This document shows positions 1-9,803 of a stretch of 64,000 nucleotides of DNA, in pieces. The notes beneath the pieces were generated by a model, which saw nothing but the letters and a program-made list of their open reading frames with translations, searched no databases and was not told the origin of the DNA. This DNA is from Chloroflexota bacterium (GTDB taxonomy: Bacteria; Chloroflexota; Anaerolineae; Anaerolineales; Villigracilaceae), in NCBI GenBank assembly GCA_049324135.1, contig JBMOMO010000146.1, forward strand, positions 28,322 through 92,321, given 5' to 3'. The stretch's first letter is position 1. The number at the start of each line of letters is the position of its first letter. The position numbers were made by a program, and so were the translations under genes.

Positions 1-304
1 TGTCTGGGCGGGTATTCAGGACGACGCTGAAAAGCGTCTCCATGCCGGCGATATCCGCTTCCATTACGCTGGAATATTTTGCCAATCCTTCGACCGCTTT
101 GAGCGCATTGCTGATGGTCAACTCAGTCTCCTGGGCAATGGCGCGCGCCAGGGCCAGGTCATTGGCGGTTACATCCGTGCGGATGCGTTCGCCGATCAAC
201 TGGTCGAACCCCCACAAGGCGAACAGGAAGGGAATGACCAGCAGCAGGTAAAGGGCCAGGAGTTGCCAGCCAAGATCGCGATGCAGTCTGAACCAGCGTT
301 TCAT
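1..304 (-). CDS. 5' part of a gene for a membrane-anchored sensor-type protein (continues past the left edge)
   Basis: Not in the ORF track because there is no stop inside the window. Reverse-complement from ATG 304..302 reads MKRWFRLHRDLGWQLLALYLLLVIPFLFALWGFDQLIGERIRTDVTANDLALARAIAQETELTISNALKAVEGLAKYSS... and stays open to position 1. It has one N-terminal TM helix followed by a soluble domain. The function is inferred from architecture only. Confidence 0.4.
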   Translation of the reverse strand, partial: MKRWFRLHRDLGWQLLALYLLLVIPFLFALWGFDQLIGERIRTDVTANDLALARAIAQETELTISNALKAVEGLAKYSSVMEADIAGMETLFSVVLNTRPD

Positions 305-314
305 GGTCTTTGTG

Positions 315-902
315 TCAGTCGATCAGCCAGTTGAGCGAGTAATACCCTGCAAAGGCAAACATTCCCATTTTGATCAGTTGGCCGCCCCAGCAGGCCAGCA
401 GGAAACTTCCCACAGGCATTTTCGTGATGCCGGCTACGATCCCGGCAGTGTCGAAAAAGGGATTGGGGATGGCAGCCAATACCATGATTGCCCAGGGACC
501 GTATTTTTTTACCCAGGGCTGGATGCGTTCGAAGATTTCGGCCTTTTCTACAATTGCCTGGCCGCTAAAACCTGCCAGGTAAGCCGAAAGTTCTCCCAGG
601 GCTCCGCCAGTGCCGGCCGCAAGGGTCACGCCCAGGGGGTTGAAGATCCCGCCCATGGCGTACACCACGGCTACGCCAGGGGCAGGCAGCAGGACAGTCG
701 CATTTGCCATCAGTGTGATCAGGAAGATGCCTGGATAACCAAAAGCGGCAAATTCTTCTACACGCTCGCGAATACTATAAATATAAACAGTGATGCCAAC
801 TACCGCAAGGAATGCAACAATGCGCAGGATGGTATTTCTTGTTTTCGTTGATCCATCTGTTGGCCTGCTGGTTGAGTCGCTGTTTTCAGGCGCTTTCTTC
901 AA
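315..902 (-). CDS. VTT-domain (DedA/YqaA-type) membrane protein
   Basis: 195-aa ORF with 4-5 hydrophobic segments. VTT-like core: ...[15 protein letters not shown]...[30 protein letters not shown]... It overlaps the upstream ppiB stop by 17 nt, which fits an operon. Confidence 0.7.
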   Translation of the reverse strand: MKKAPENSDSTSRPTDGSTKTRNTILRIVAFLAVVGITVYIYSIRERVEEFAAFGYPGIFLITLMANATVLLPAPGVAVVYAMGGIFNPLGVTLAAGTGGALGELSAYLAGFSGQAIVEKAEIFERIQPWVKKYGPWAIMVLAAIPNPFFDTAGIVAGITKMPVGSFLLACWGGQLIKMGMFAFAGYYSLNWLID

Positions 903-1398
903 TGGTCACTTTCTGGATTTTTACGCCAGGGTATTCCGGGCGCATGGGGTCGCGCGGCGCAATAGACATCAACACGTCCATGCCTTCGATGACCTGCCCG
1001 AAGACGCTATGTTTTCCATCCAGCCAGGGCGTGGGGACGTGCGTGATAAAGAATTGTGAACCATTGGTGTTAGGGCCGGCATTGGCCATAGAGAGGATGC
1101 CGGGTTTGTCGTGTTTCAGGCTGGGGTGGAATTCGTCTTCGAACTTATAGCCGGGTCCTCCCGCGCCCCTGCCGGTGGGGTCGCCGCCCTGCACCATGAA
1201 ATTTTCGATGACGCGATGGAAGATAACGCCCTCATAAAATCCCTGTCGTGAAAGGAAGGCAAAATTATTTACCGTCTTGGGCGTTTTGTCGGCAAATAGT
1301 TCGATGACCATAGTGCCTTTATCGGTTTCCATGCGGGCAGTATATTTCTTCTTCGGGTCTATTTCCATCTTGGGCGGGGTATTCCATTGTTGAGCCAT
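886..1398 (-). CDS. ppiB: Cyclophilin-type peptidyl-prolyl cis-trans isomerase
   Basis: 170 aa. Cyclophilin signatures [31 protein letters not shown] and [20 protein letters not shown]. No signal peptide. Confidence 0.9.
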   Translation of the reverse strand: MAQQWNTPPKMEIDPKKKYTARMETDKGTMVIELFADKTPKTVNNFAFLSRQGFYEGVIFHRVIENFMVQGGDPTGRGAGGPGYKFEDEFHPSLKHDKPGILSMANAGPNTNGSQFFITHVPTPWLDGKHSVFGQVIEGMDVLMSIAPRDPMRPEYPGVKIQKVTIEESA

Positions 1399-1406
1399 TT
1401 TTACTC

Positions 1407-2051
1407 CTAAGTGAGTTTGGTTGAAATTGCATTGAGCAGGGATTCGATCCGCGCTACGACCATGTCCAACGCGGCCAGGTTGAACCCGCCTTCGGGGATG
1501 ATGACGTCGGCGTAGCGTTTGGACGGTTCTACGAACTCCAGGTGCATCGGACGCACCGTAGCCTGGTACTGTTTTATGACATTTTCCGCCGTTCGGCTGC
1601 GTTCCGTTATATCCCTTTGCAGGCGGCGGATCAAGCGGATGTCAGGGTCGGTATCCACAAAGATTTTTACATCGAACAGGCTCCGCAGGGCAGGTTCAAC
1701 AAAGATGAGAATACCCTCCACAATGATGACCCCACGCGGATTGACCGTAAAGGACTTTTCCGTCCGGCTATGTGTAGAAAAATCATAGATCGGCACCTGG
1801 ATCGGTATTCCTTGCCTGAGTTGTTCGATGTGGGTGATCAGCAGTTCGGTTTCGAGCGAATTGGGATGGTCGAAATTGACCTCAGCGCGCTGGGCCGGCG
1901 GCAGGCCGCTCAAATCTTTGTAATACGAGTCGTGCTGGAGAAAGGCAATACGGTCTGGCCCAACGCGCTGCAAAATCTCCTGCGCAACGGTGGTCTTCCC
2001 TGAACCGGAACCGCCTGCAATGCCAATGACTAACGGGAGTTCGTGCGACAT
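1407..2051 (-). CDS. udk: Uridine kinase
   Basis: P-loop [13 protein letters not shown] directly after the internal ATG at 2051 ([26 protein letters not shown]...). The C-terminal part is typical Udk ([15 protein letters not shown]). The first 32 codons of the tracked ORF were dropped as a likely over-extension. Confidence 0.9.
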   Translation of the reverse strand: MSHELPLVIGIAGGSGSGKTTVAQEILQRVGPDRIAFLQHDSYYKDLSGLPPAQRAEVNFDHPNSLETELLITHIEQLRQGIPIQVPIYDFSTHSRTEKSFTVNPRGVIIVEGILIFVEPALRSLFDVKIFVDTDPDIRLIRRLQRDITERSRTAENVIKQYQATVRPMHLEFVEPSKRYADVIIPEGGFNLAALDMVVARIESLLNAISTKLT

Positions 2052-2248
2052 GCCCGAATTATACCCGCTGCGAAAAGAAAAGACACCCGCCAGGATGTCT
2101 TTTTGAGATTTTTGATGTAGCCGGTAATGGCTTTCCAGAGCCGGCAACGGTCATAGAGCCCGGTGGACATGATCAGCAATCCAAGCGCAAACAGCCACCA
2201 GGTCCCGTCATTGACCGCGTAGACAGTTGCGGCAGCGCCGATGCCCAA
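2030..2248 (-). CDS. Small membrane protein, DUF2892 (YgaP-like TM domain)-like
   Basis: Fills the 226-nt gap between degV and udk. The in-frame sequence ...FDRILRLGIGAAATVYAVNDGTWWLFALGLLIMSTGLYDRCRLWKAITG resembles the DUF2892 pattern (R..R...G, two TM helices, G....C). Only a TTG start is available and the 3' end overlaps udk by 22 nt, so the boundaries are uncertain. Confidence 0.4.
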   Translation of the reverse strand: MGIGAAATVYAVNDGTWWLFALGLLIMSTGLYDRCRLWKAITGYIKNLKKTSWRVSFLFAAGIIRACRTNSR

Positions 2249-2277
2249 TCGCAGGATGCGGTCGAACGGCGAATTTG

Positions 2278-3132
2278 TTACATTCCTGCCATATAGGCCA
2301 GGCCAACGGTGCCTGGGCCGGCATGGTTGGCGATGACAGGACTGACTTCCGCCAGGATCGACTCGGTGGCGTTTAGCATGGCAGACGCTTTGTCCAGCAA
2401 CTGGCGCGCTTCTTCCGGCGCGTTGGCGTGTAATGTTGCCAGGTGTACCGGGGACTGCCCCTTGGTCTTTTCGGCTACCAGTTCGACCACGCGCTCCAGG
2501 GCTTTGCCCTTCGTACGGATGCGTTCGATGGCTTCCACGCGCCCATCGATCACAGCCAGGATGGGTTTCATGTTCAAGGCCGTGCCCAGGAAGCGTTGCG
2601 CCCCACCAATGCGTCCACCGCGGTGTAAGAATTCCAGCGTGTCTACGGCAAAATACACCCCGGTGCGCTCTCGCGCTTTTTCAACGAGGGCAACGATGTC
2701 CTCCAGGTTTGCGCCGCTTTCGGCGGCGCGCGCGGCGGTCAGGACTTGAAAGCCCATTGCCATCGCGGTCGAATTGGAGTCTATGACCGTCACTTTCTCG
2801 CTGGCTTTTCCCATCATTTCTTTTGCCTGTATCGCAGATTGCATGGTGCCGGAAAGTTTTGCCGAAATAAAAATTCCTAATACGTCGAACCCTTTTGCGA
2901 TCAGTTCCTCGAAAGTGGTCTTCATAGTCGTTGGTGGGACTTGTGAAGTGGTTGCCATGGTTTTTGCGGTCTTCAGGCGGGTGAAGAATTCTTCTGATAG
3001 AATATCGACACCGTCTTGGTATGTTTCTTCTCCCCAGATCAAGATTTGAGGCGTAACCGTCAGATTGTGTTTCCTTAATAGTTCCTGCGGAATGTAAGCC
3101 GTGCTGTCTGTGACAAGCGCAATTTTTGCCAT
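2278..3132 (-). CDS. DegV-family fatty-acid-binding protein
   Basis: 284 aa. Typical DegV N-terminus MAKIALVTDSTAYIP, with ...TSQVPP... and ...LEFLHRGGRIG... motifs. Confidence 0.9.
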   Translation of the reverse strand: MAKIALVTDSTAYIPQELLRKHNLTVTPQILIWGEETYQDGVDILSEEFFTRLKTAKTMATTSQVPPTTMKTTFEELIAKGFDVLGIFISAKLSGTMQSAIQAKEMMGKASEKVTVIDSNSTAMAMGFQVLTAARAAESGANLEDIVALVEKARERTGVYFAVDTLEFLHRGGRIGGAQRFLGTALNMKPILAVIDGRVEAIERIRTKGKALERVVELVAEKTKGQSPVHLATLHANAPEEARQLLDKASAMLNATESILAEVSPVIANHAGPGTVGLAYMAGM

Positions 3133-3224
3133 GTTTCCTCCCGGGAAGGTAGGTAGGATGTTTTTTACTGAATATAATAACCCCGATTTTTTGAAATCGT
3201 TTCAGAGTGTTCAAAAATTGCTCA

Positions 3225-3233
3225 TGGTATAAT
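3225..3233 (+). promoter_or_regulatory. Extended -10 box (TGgTATAAT) upstream of mreB
   Basis: TGGTATAAT lies 36 nt upstream of the mreB TTG start. A GAGGAG RBS sits at 3257..3262. No good -35 is present, which is tolerated with a TGn extension. Confidence 0.4.
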
Positions 3234-3268
3234 ATTTCTGAGTAAGGAAAATTGTTGAGGAGCCCACA

Positions 3269-4339
3269 TTGGCGTTTAACCCGATCAACTGGCTATTAGG
3301 CCTGTTTTCACTGGATATTGCCATTGACCTGGGCACAGCCAACACCCTTGTCAGTGTGCGCGGCAAGGGTATTGTCATTAATGAGCCCTCCTGGGTAACG
3401 ATTGACAAAAGGCTGCGCCAACCGCTTGCGATTGGACTGGAAGCGAAAGAAATGATGGGGCGCACGCCTGGGAACGTGGTTGTGATCCGGCCTTTGCGGG
3501 ATGGCGTCATTTCTGAGTTCGATGTAACCCAGGTCATGTTGGAGTATTTTATTGGCAAGGTTCATGAACAGAGCGTTGTCCCGTTACCGCGACCGCGTGT
3601 GGTCATTGGGATTCCTACCGGTGTGACGGAAGTGGAAAAGCGGGCTGTCTACGATGCGGTGATGGCAGCAGGGGCGCGACAGGCGTTCCTTATCGAAGAA
3701 CCGATAGCGGCTGCCCTGGGCGCGGGTTTGCCGATCGCTGAAATCCGGGGCAGTATGGTGGTAGATATCGGCGGCGGCACAACGGAAGTGGCTGTTATGT
3801 CCATGAATGGCGTTGTGGTTTCCCGCTCTTTGCGCGTCGCGGGCGATGAGATGGATGAAGATATTGTTCAGTACCTCCGGAATAAATACAACTTATTGAT
3901 CGGTGAGGGTGTGGCAGAGCAAGTCAAATGGAATATCGGTTCGGCTTACCCTCTGCCAACAGAAAAAACAATGGAGGTGCGCGGCAGGAATCTTGTCACT
4001 GGCTTGCCGGAAACGATCGAGATTTCTTCGGTGGAAATTCGCGAAGGCTTGTCAGCGTCCGTGCAGGTGATTGTTGATACGATCCGTGATGCGCTCGATG
4101 AAATTCCGCCCGAGATTGTGGCTGACTTGATGGACATTGGCATCTGTCTTGCCGGTGGAGGCGCGCTGTTGCAAGGTTTGGCAGACCGGCTTTCCGATGA
4201 GTTGAAGTTGCGTGTGTGGGTTGCGGATGATCCGCTTACTTGTGTGGCGCGTGGCGCAGGTATGGTATTCGAAGATTTTGAAGCGCTTGGTCGCCTGCTG
4301 GTTGGGCTGGAGCGTGGGAGTACTCGCCATAACGCGTAG
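3269..4339 (+). CDS. mreB: Rod-shape-determining actin homologue MreB
   Basis: 356 aa. Motifs DLGTANTLV, VVDIGGGTTEVAV and LAGGGALL. TTG start 6 nt after GAGGAG. Followed by mreC and mreD. Confidence 0.95.
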   Translation: MAFNPINWLLGLFSLDIAIDLGTANTLVSVRGKGIVINEPSWVTIDKRLRQPLAIGLEAKEMMGRTPGNVVVIRPLRDGVISEFDVTQVMLEYFIGKVHEQSVVPLPRPRVVIGIPTGVTEVEKRAVYDAVMAAGARQAFLIEEPIAAALGAGLPIAEIRGSMVVDIGGGTTEVAVMSMNGVVVSRSLRVAGDEMDEDIVQYLRNKYNLLIGEGVAEQVKWNIGSAYPLPTEKTMEVRGRNLVTGLPETIEISSVEIREGLSASVQVIVDTIRDALDEIPPEIVADLMDIGICLAGGGALLQGLADRLSDELKLRVWVADDPLTCVARGAGMVFEDFEALGRLLVGLERGSTRHNA

Positions 4340-4378
4340 GCGCGACCCATCCCTACGTTTTTACGGCCTGGCCTGGAT

Positions 4379-5224
4379 ATGAAAGATTTTTTTAACCGTT
4401 CCTTACAAACCACCATTATTTTCTTAGTTGTGGGGGGGATTCTCGTTTTGGCGCTTGGCGGGTACTTGAGTAGCGCCTCTCGTGGATTTACCGGTTCGCT
4501 TGTGGCAGTTCAAACCTGGTTTTCAACTCGTTATAACGCTATCCAGGATTTCCTTAGCGCGCCTCGTGATATTGTGACCCTGCGCCAGAGAAATGCTGAA
4601 TTAGAGGCGGAGGTCTCGCGCTTGCAGGGGCAGGTGATCGAGTTGCAACAACAGGTTAGCGAGACGGAAATCCTGGCGGCTTTGGTTGACTTTTCGCGCG
4701 CGAACCCGGAAAGTACATATAAAGGAGCCGCAGTCATTGGCCGGGATCCCAGTCCGTTTCTACATTACGTAATTATCAATCGCGGCTCGAATGACGGTAT
4801 ATTGCGAGGTATGCCGGTCGTTACAAACCAGGGGTTGGTTGGGCGGGTAGAGGCGGTTATTGCCGACGCGGCGCGTGTGCAATTGATTACCGATCCCGTT
4901 TCGGCTGTTAATGTCCGTTTGCAGAATGCGGCAACCGATGCTGTGCTGGTTGGCTCGGTGACTGGCGATCTGGCTTTGGATATGATTTCCCAGGATGTTG
5001 CAGTGGAGCCTGGGGATGTGGTGCTGACATCTGGATTGGGAGGCGGTTACCCTGCTGACTTGATTGCTGGCCAGATTCTAAATGTAAGGAAACGAGACTT
5101 TGAATTATTCCAACTTGCAACTATTCAGCCGGCTGTGGATTTCGCCCGTCTCGAGATCGTTTTAGTGATTACAAATTTCCGCCCCGTGGATATCCAGCCG
5201 TTGATTCCTACGCTCACGCCCTGA
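4379..5224 (+). CDS. mreC: Rod-shape-determining protein MreC
   Basis: 281 aa. N-terminal TM helix, coiled coil (LRQRNAELEAEVSRLQGQVIELQQQV), and a beta-rich C-terminus (GLVGRV...VQLITD). Sits between mreB and mreD. Confidence 0.9.
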   Translation: MKDFFNRSLQTTIIFLVVGGILVLALGGYLSSASRGFTGSLVAVQTWFSTRYNAIQDFLSAPRDIVTLRQRNAELEAEVSRLQGQVIELQQQVSETEILAALVDFSRANPESTYKGAAVIGRDPSPFLHYVIINRGSNDGILRGMPVVTNQGLVGRVEAVIADAARVQLITDPVSAVNVRLQNAATDAVLVGSVTGDLALDMISQDVAVEPGDVVLTSGLGGGYPADLIAGQILNVRKRDFELFQLATIQPAVDFARLEIVLVITNFRPVDIQPLIPTLTP

Positions 5225-5226
5225 AC

Positions 5227-5730
5227 ATGCTGCGCAATTTGATTTCTTTCCCATTACTTGCCCTGGTCGTTATTCTCCAATCGGCGGTTATCAGCCGGAT
5301 AACGTTGCTTGCCGGTTATGCGGATCTTATGCTGATTGTATTGGCGGCCTGGGCGTTACAAGCGGGAGTGAGTACAGCGTGGCAATGGGCGGTTTTGGGC
5401 GCAATGATGGTTTCTTTTGTGTCTGGCATGCCTTGGTTTGTTCCTCTTGTTGGCTACCTGGGTGTTGCGCTGTTGGCCCGCTTGTTGCAGCAACGGGTCT
5501 GGCAGGCGCCTATGCTGGCTATGTTTAGTGTTACGTTTCTAGGATCCTTGTTCATGAATTTCTTTGCTTTGATTGTTCTGCAATTGTCCGGGCGCCCGCT
5601 TCCATTTGGTGATTCGTTTGGCCTGATTGTTCTACCGAGCCTGTTGCTAAATCTCCTGTTTGCAATCCCGGTCTATGTGGTCATGCGTGATCTGGCGCGT
5701 TGGATTTACCCTGTACCGGAGGCGGAGTGA
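5227..5730 (+). CDS. mreD: Rod-shape-determining protein MreD
   Basis: 167-aa polytopic membrane protein that starts 3 nt after the mreC stop. Called from position and topology. Confidence 0.8.
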   Translation: MLRNLISFPLLALVVILQSAVISRITLLAGYADLMLIVLAAWALQAGVSTAWQWAVLGAMMVSFVSGMPWFVPLVGYLGVALLARLLQQRVWQAPMLAMFSVTFLGSLFMNFFALIVLQLSGRPLPFGDSFGLIVLPSLLLNLLFAIPVYVVMRDLARWIYPVPEAE

Positions 5731-7979
5731 GTTCTATTTCTTCTGTTGGAAAGCAGGCTTTTGCATGGCGTTTGTGGACACTATATGCTGTCATGGCGCT
5801 TGTAATGGGAATATTGCTTTATCGCTTGTTGGGCTTACAGGTTTTCCAAGGAACCGAATGGTTGGGGCAGGCAGTTGAAAACTACACGACTGAAGTGTCG
5901 ATCCCACCTGCTCGCGGCATCATTTATGACCGTAACGGACATATCCTGGCAGGAAATATTGCCTCGTACAATGTAGTGATTACTCCTGCGGATTTGCCTG
6001 ATTCTGAGGCGGATGTTCAAAATATTTATCGAGACCTTGCTGGGTTGATAGATGTCCCGGCAACCCAGGGAACTGTGGAAGATGCGAAGTTGGTGGCCGA
6101 GTGTGTTCCAGGCCCTGGTATCTCACAATTGGTTGAATTGGGGGATTCCTTGGCTCCATATCGGTCTGTAAAAATTAAGTGCAATGTAGATGAAGCGACC
6201 GCCCAGATCGTACGCGAACGGGCGGTTGACTGGCCTGGCGTGTCTGTCGAGGTCGATCCTATTCGCGATTATCCTACAGGCTCGTTGACGGCGAATGTGA
6301 TCGGCTTCCTTGGGCCGATACCGGCTACTTTGGAAGAAGTGTATCGCACGAGAGGTTTCATTCCTAACCGGGATAAAATTGGGTATGCAGGCGTAGAGGC
6401 TGCCCTGGATCCCGTCTTGATAGGAGTTCCGGGGAAACGGGTTGTTCAAGTGGATGTGGCTGGCAAGGAACTTCGTAACTTGGAGCCGCCCATTTCGCCT
6501 GTTTCTGGCAATAACCTTATGCTTACGATTGATACGCGCTTGCAAGCCGCTGCGGAGGCTGTCTTATTGACCGAGATTCAGGGTTGGAATGATTATTTTG
6601 GTCAAATCCGGATTTCAAGCGGCGTGGTGATCGCGATGAATCCCAAGACGGGAGAAATCCTTGCCATGGTGACGTATCCGACGTATGAAAACAATCGTAT
6701 GGCGCGTTTCATTCCAGCCTATTATTATGACCAATTAAGTGAGGATCCTCGCCGTCCTCTCTTGAACAATGCCATCCAGGCAGAGTATCCGCCAGGGTCT
6801 GTGTTTAAGTTGTCCACCGCTACGGGCGCGTTTAACGAGGGCGTGGTGACATTGTCCAAAACAATACAGACGCCGGGAAAACTCGAATTGTGCGAAAAAT
6901 TTTCTCCCAACGAACCGTGTACGGATGCAAACACGCGCCCCTTTGTTGACTGGGTTTATAACATACGCGGCGTCATCAATGAGGCTGGTTTTGGGCAATT
7001 GGATTTCTTGCGTTGTATTGCGTATTCCAGCAATGTATGTTTTTATAAATTGGGCGGCGGTTTCGAAGATGAGATCGAGGAGGGTTTGGGCATCTTTCGG
7101 TTGGGAGAATATGCCCGCGCGTTGGGGTACGGCGCGCCATCGGGCATACAGTTGATTGGTGAACAAGACGGACTGATCCCGTCCCCGCAATGGAAGCGCA
7201 TCAATCAAGGGGAGAACTGGTCAACCGGCGATACGTATATCGCATCTGTTGGACAGGGATATGTCATTGCAACGCCTTTGCAAGTCCTGATGTCGGGAGC
7301 GACGATCGCGAACGATGGGAAATTAATGCAGCCAACTATCGCTCGCGAAGTAACCGATAGCGAAGGGAAAGTCAAGGAGGTATGGTTCACCCCTGATGAC
7401 TTTTCGCTTTGGTCGTCTGTTCAAAGTACGCCTGATGATCGCGATGAGGGCCGCGCCTGGATTAATCTGGATGACGCTGCGATTGTCACGGACCTGCCTG
7501 TTGGCAGTTACCAGATTTCGCCCTTTGTGCCAAACCTGAAATGGGACTTGACCGTCACCCCGAAGATCAAGGGGTATAGTTGTGAAGGCGGCTATTGCTC
7601 TGAAACGGGGGAAATGAAAATTGTCGAGCCTTCTACGATTGAGGCCGTCCAAACTGGAATGCGTATGGCAGTTACGGACCCGCAAGGCACGCTCAACGAT
7701 GTGTTTGCGGGTTTTCCCATTGCTGTGGCCGGAAAAACCGGCACTGCTGAATATTGTGACGACGTTGCATTGAAAGCCAATCGTTGCCAGTTTGGTGAAT
7801 GGCCTACGCACTCTTGGACCCTGGCGTATGCGCCATTCGAAGATCCGGAAATTATCATCATGGCCTTCATGTACAACGGCGGTGAAGGCGCCAGTGTTGC
7901 AGGACCGGTGGTGGCGCGCGTCATGGGCGCCTACTTCGAACTTAAAGCCATTGATATTGCGCAAGGCGAGGGCGGGTAG
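5727..7979 (+). CDS. mrdA: Penicillin-binding protein 2 (elongasome transpeptidase)
   Basis: GTG at 5727 overlaps the mreD stop (GTGA) and has GGAGG 4 nt upstream. The tracked TTG at 5700 has no RBS. TM anchor present. Transpeptidase motifs SxxK (GSVFKL), SxN (YSSNV) and KTG (AGKTGTAE). Confidence 0.9.
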   Translation: MSSISSVGKQAFAWRLWTLYAVMALVMGILLYRLLGLQVFQGTEWLGQAVENYTTEVSIPPARGIIYDRNGHILAGNIASYNVVITPADLPDSEADVQNIYRDLAGLIDVPATQGTVEDAKLVAECVPGPGISQLVELGDSLAPYRSVKIKCNVDEATAQIVRERAVDWPGVSVEVDPIRDYPTGSLTANVIGFLGPIPATLEEVYRTRGFIPNRDKIGYAGVEAALDPVLIGVPGKRVVQVDVAGKELRNLEPPISPVSGNNLMLTIDTRLQAAAEAVLLTEIQGWNDYFGQIRISSGVVIAMNPKTGEILAMVTYPTYENNRMARFIPAYYYDQLSEDPRRPLLNNAIQAEYPPGSVFKLSTATGAFNEGVVTLSKTIQTPGKLELCEKFSPNEPCTDANTRPFVDWVYNIRGVINEAGFGQLDFLRCIAYSSNVCFYKLGGGFEDEIEEGLGIFRLGEYARALGYGAPSGIQLIGEQDGLIPSPQWKRINQGENWSTGDTYIASVGQGYVIATPLQVLMSGATIANDGKLMQPTIAREVTDSEGKVKEVWFTPDDFSLWSSVQSTPDDRDEGRAWINLDDAAIVTDLPVGSYQISPFVPNLKWDLTVTPKIKGYSCEGGYCSETGEMKIVEPSTIEAVQTGMRMAVTDPQGTLNDVFAGFPIAVAGKTGTAEYCDDVALKANRCQFGEWPTHSWTLAYAPFEDPEIIIMAFMYNGGEGASVAGPVVARVMGAYFELKAIDIAQGEGG

Positions 7980-7987
7980 TTTCTTCG

Positions 7988-7996
7988 TGCTATAAT
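7988..7996 (+). promoter_or_regulatory. Extended -10 box (TGcTATAAT) upstream of minC
   Basis: TGCTATAAT lies 40 nt upstream of the minC ATG, in the 56-nt gap after mrdA. Confidence 0.35.
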
Positions 7997-8035
7997 TCAG
8001 CCACCTTTTTCCTTGTATACTGGTTTCGTGTAGTT

Positions 8036-8719
8036 ATGGATGTGCAAACATACCCCATCCAAATAAAGGGCCTGCGCGATGGCTTGTTGATTGCGCTGGG
8101 CCCAGGTGAATGGAAAGAACTCGAACTTGCGCTGCTACAGCATATCGAAGCGCAACAATCTTTTTTCCAGGGTGCGCGTATTGCATTGGATGTCGGCGCC
8201 CAGGCTTTACGAGTGAATGAGTTGTCGGCTTTGCGCGATCGCTTGTCTGAACAGGGCGTTACCGTTTGGGCGGTCATAAGCGAATCCCCTGCAACCGAAA
8301 AGACTGCTCAATTGCTTGGTATGGCTACTCGAATTTCGAAGCCTCGTCCACAAGAAGAGCGAACCTATCTAACGGATGATGCGAGCGAAAACGCTGCGCT
8401 TTTTATTGGCAAAACCTTGCGGTCTGGAACCCGCGTCGAATTTCCAGGCCATGTCATTGTTTTTGGCGACGTCAATCCCGGCGCAGAAATTATCGCCGAA
8501 GGGAATGTATTTGTATGGGGCCGGGTGCGTGGCATGATCCATGCTGGCTCGAAAGGTGATACGCAGGCGGTTATTGGCGCTTTGGACCTCTCCCCCACGC
8601 AGTTGCGTATTGCCGATCAGGTTTCAGCCTTGCTCAACCCGCAAGAAAATCCCCGCCCTGAACTTGCCAGTCTTTCCGAAGACGGAAAATTGCACGCCAT
8701 ACCTTGGCAGCCCACTTAA
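8036..8719 (+). CDS. minC: Septum site-determining protein MinC
   Basis: 227 aa. C-terminal beta-helix region VIVFGDVNPGAEIIAEGNVFVWGRVRGMIHAG. Immediately upstream of minD and minE. Confidence 0.85.
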   Translation: MDVQTYPIQIKGLRDGLLIALGPGEWKELELALLQHIEAQQSFFQGARIALDVGAQALRVNELSALRDRLSEQGVTVWAVISESPATEKTAQLLGMATRISKPRPQEERTYLTDDASENAALFIGKTLRSGTRVEFPGHVIVFGDVNPGAEIIAEGNVFVWGRVRGMIHAGSKGDTQAVIGALDLSPTQLRIADQVSALLNPQENPRPELASLSEDGKLHAIPWQPT

Positions 8720-8736
8720 TATAACAGGATGATTCC

Positions 8737-9534
8737 ATGAGCGCAAAAATTGTAACCATAACCAGTGGCAAAGGCGGGGTGGGGAAAACAACTGCTGTTG
8801 CCAATCTTGCTGTGGCCCTGGCGTCGGCCGGCAATAAAGTCTGCTGCATTGATGGCGATATTGGCTTGCGTAACCTGGATGTAGTGATGGGGCTGGAAAA
8901 TCGCATTGTGTACGATCTCGTGGATGTCATCGAAGGACGGTGTCGCCTTCGCCAGGCGATGATCCGCGACAAGCGCTTGCCCGAACTCTACCTCATCCCG
9001 GCGGCGCAGACACGGGATAAGAGCGCTGTGTCTCCATCCGATATGCTCCGCTTGTGTGATGAATTGCGCTTGGAAGTAGATTGGGTGTTGATCGATTCTC
9101 CTGCGGGCATCGAGCGTGGCTTTCGTAACGCGATTGCCCCCGCTGATAAAGTGCTGATTATCACCAACCCAGAAGTTTCCGCAGTCCGGGATGCGGACCG
9201 CGTCATAGGCATTTTAGAGGCGGATGGGAAGGGTTCGCCCGCGTTAATTATCAACCGGCTCAACCCGAATATGGTCAAAAACCATGACATGCTATCGGCT
9301 GAGGACGTCCTGGACTTGCTTGCGATAGAGTTGATCGGTATTGTCCCGGAAGATGAAAATGTAATCGTTGGCGCCAACCGCGGTACGCCCATTGCGTTAG
9401 AGACCAAGAGTAAGGCCGGGCAGGCATTTCGTAATATTGCCCTGCGCATGCAAGGGCAACAGGTGCCATTCCTTGACCTGGATAGCCAGGGCAGCCTGTG
9501 GGATCGCTTGCAACGACTGACTGGGAGGAAGTAG
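8737..9534 (+). CDS. minD: Septum site-determining ATPase MinD
   Basis: 265 aa. Deviant Walker A SGKGGVGKTT. MinD-like throughout. Confidence 0.95.
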   Translation: MSAKIVTITSGKGGVGKTTAVANLAVALASAGNKVCCIDGDIGLRNLDVVMGLENRIVYDLVDVIEGRCRLRQAMIRDKRLPELYLIPAAQTRDKSAVSPSDMLRLCDELRLEVDWVLIDSPAGIERGFRNAIAPADKVLIITNPEVSAVRDADRVIGILEADGKGSPALIINRLNPNMVKNHDMLSAEDVLDLLAIELIGIVPEDENVIVGANRGTPIALETKSKAGQAFRNIALRMQGQQVPFLDLDSQGSLWDRLQRLTGRK

Positions 9535-9801
9535 ATGAGCGGCTTTTTGGAGAGATTATCTGGTCGCACTCACAGCGCGCAAAGCGCCAAGGAACGTTTG
9601 CAATTGGTGTTGATACACGACCGCACGGATCTAACGCCTGCGGAATTGGAAGCCTTGAAAGACGATATCCTGGCCGTGATTTCCAATCATGTAGACATCG
9701 ATCCGGATGCTGTGCAAATTGGCGTGGAGCGACAGGGACGCGAACAGCGCCTGGTAGCCGACATTCCTCTCAGGAGCGTTTCGCGCCGTCATACAGGATA
9801 G
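9535..9801 (+). CDS. minE: Cell-division topological specificity factor MinE
   Basis: 88 aa. The ATG directly abuts the minD TAG. Contains the AKERLQLVLIHDR motif. Confidence 0.9.
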   Translation: MSGFLERLSGRTHSAQSAKERLQLVLIHDRTDLTPAELEALKDDILAVISNHVDIDPDAVQIGVERQGREQRLVADIPLRSVSRRHTG

Positions 9802-9803
9802 GC

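Noticed and set aside
9498-9803. N-terminal extension of the rodA ORF, overlapping minE
   Set aside because: It overlaps the whole of minE in another frame and is Arg/Gly/Ser-rich. The SEDS homology begins at the ATG at 9804.
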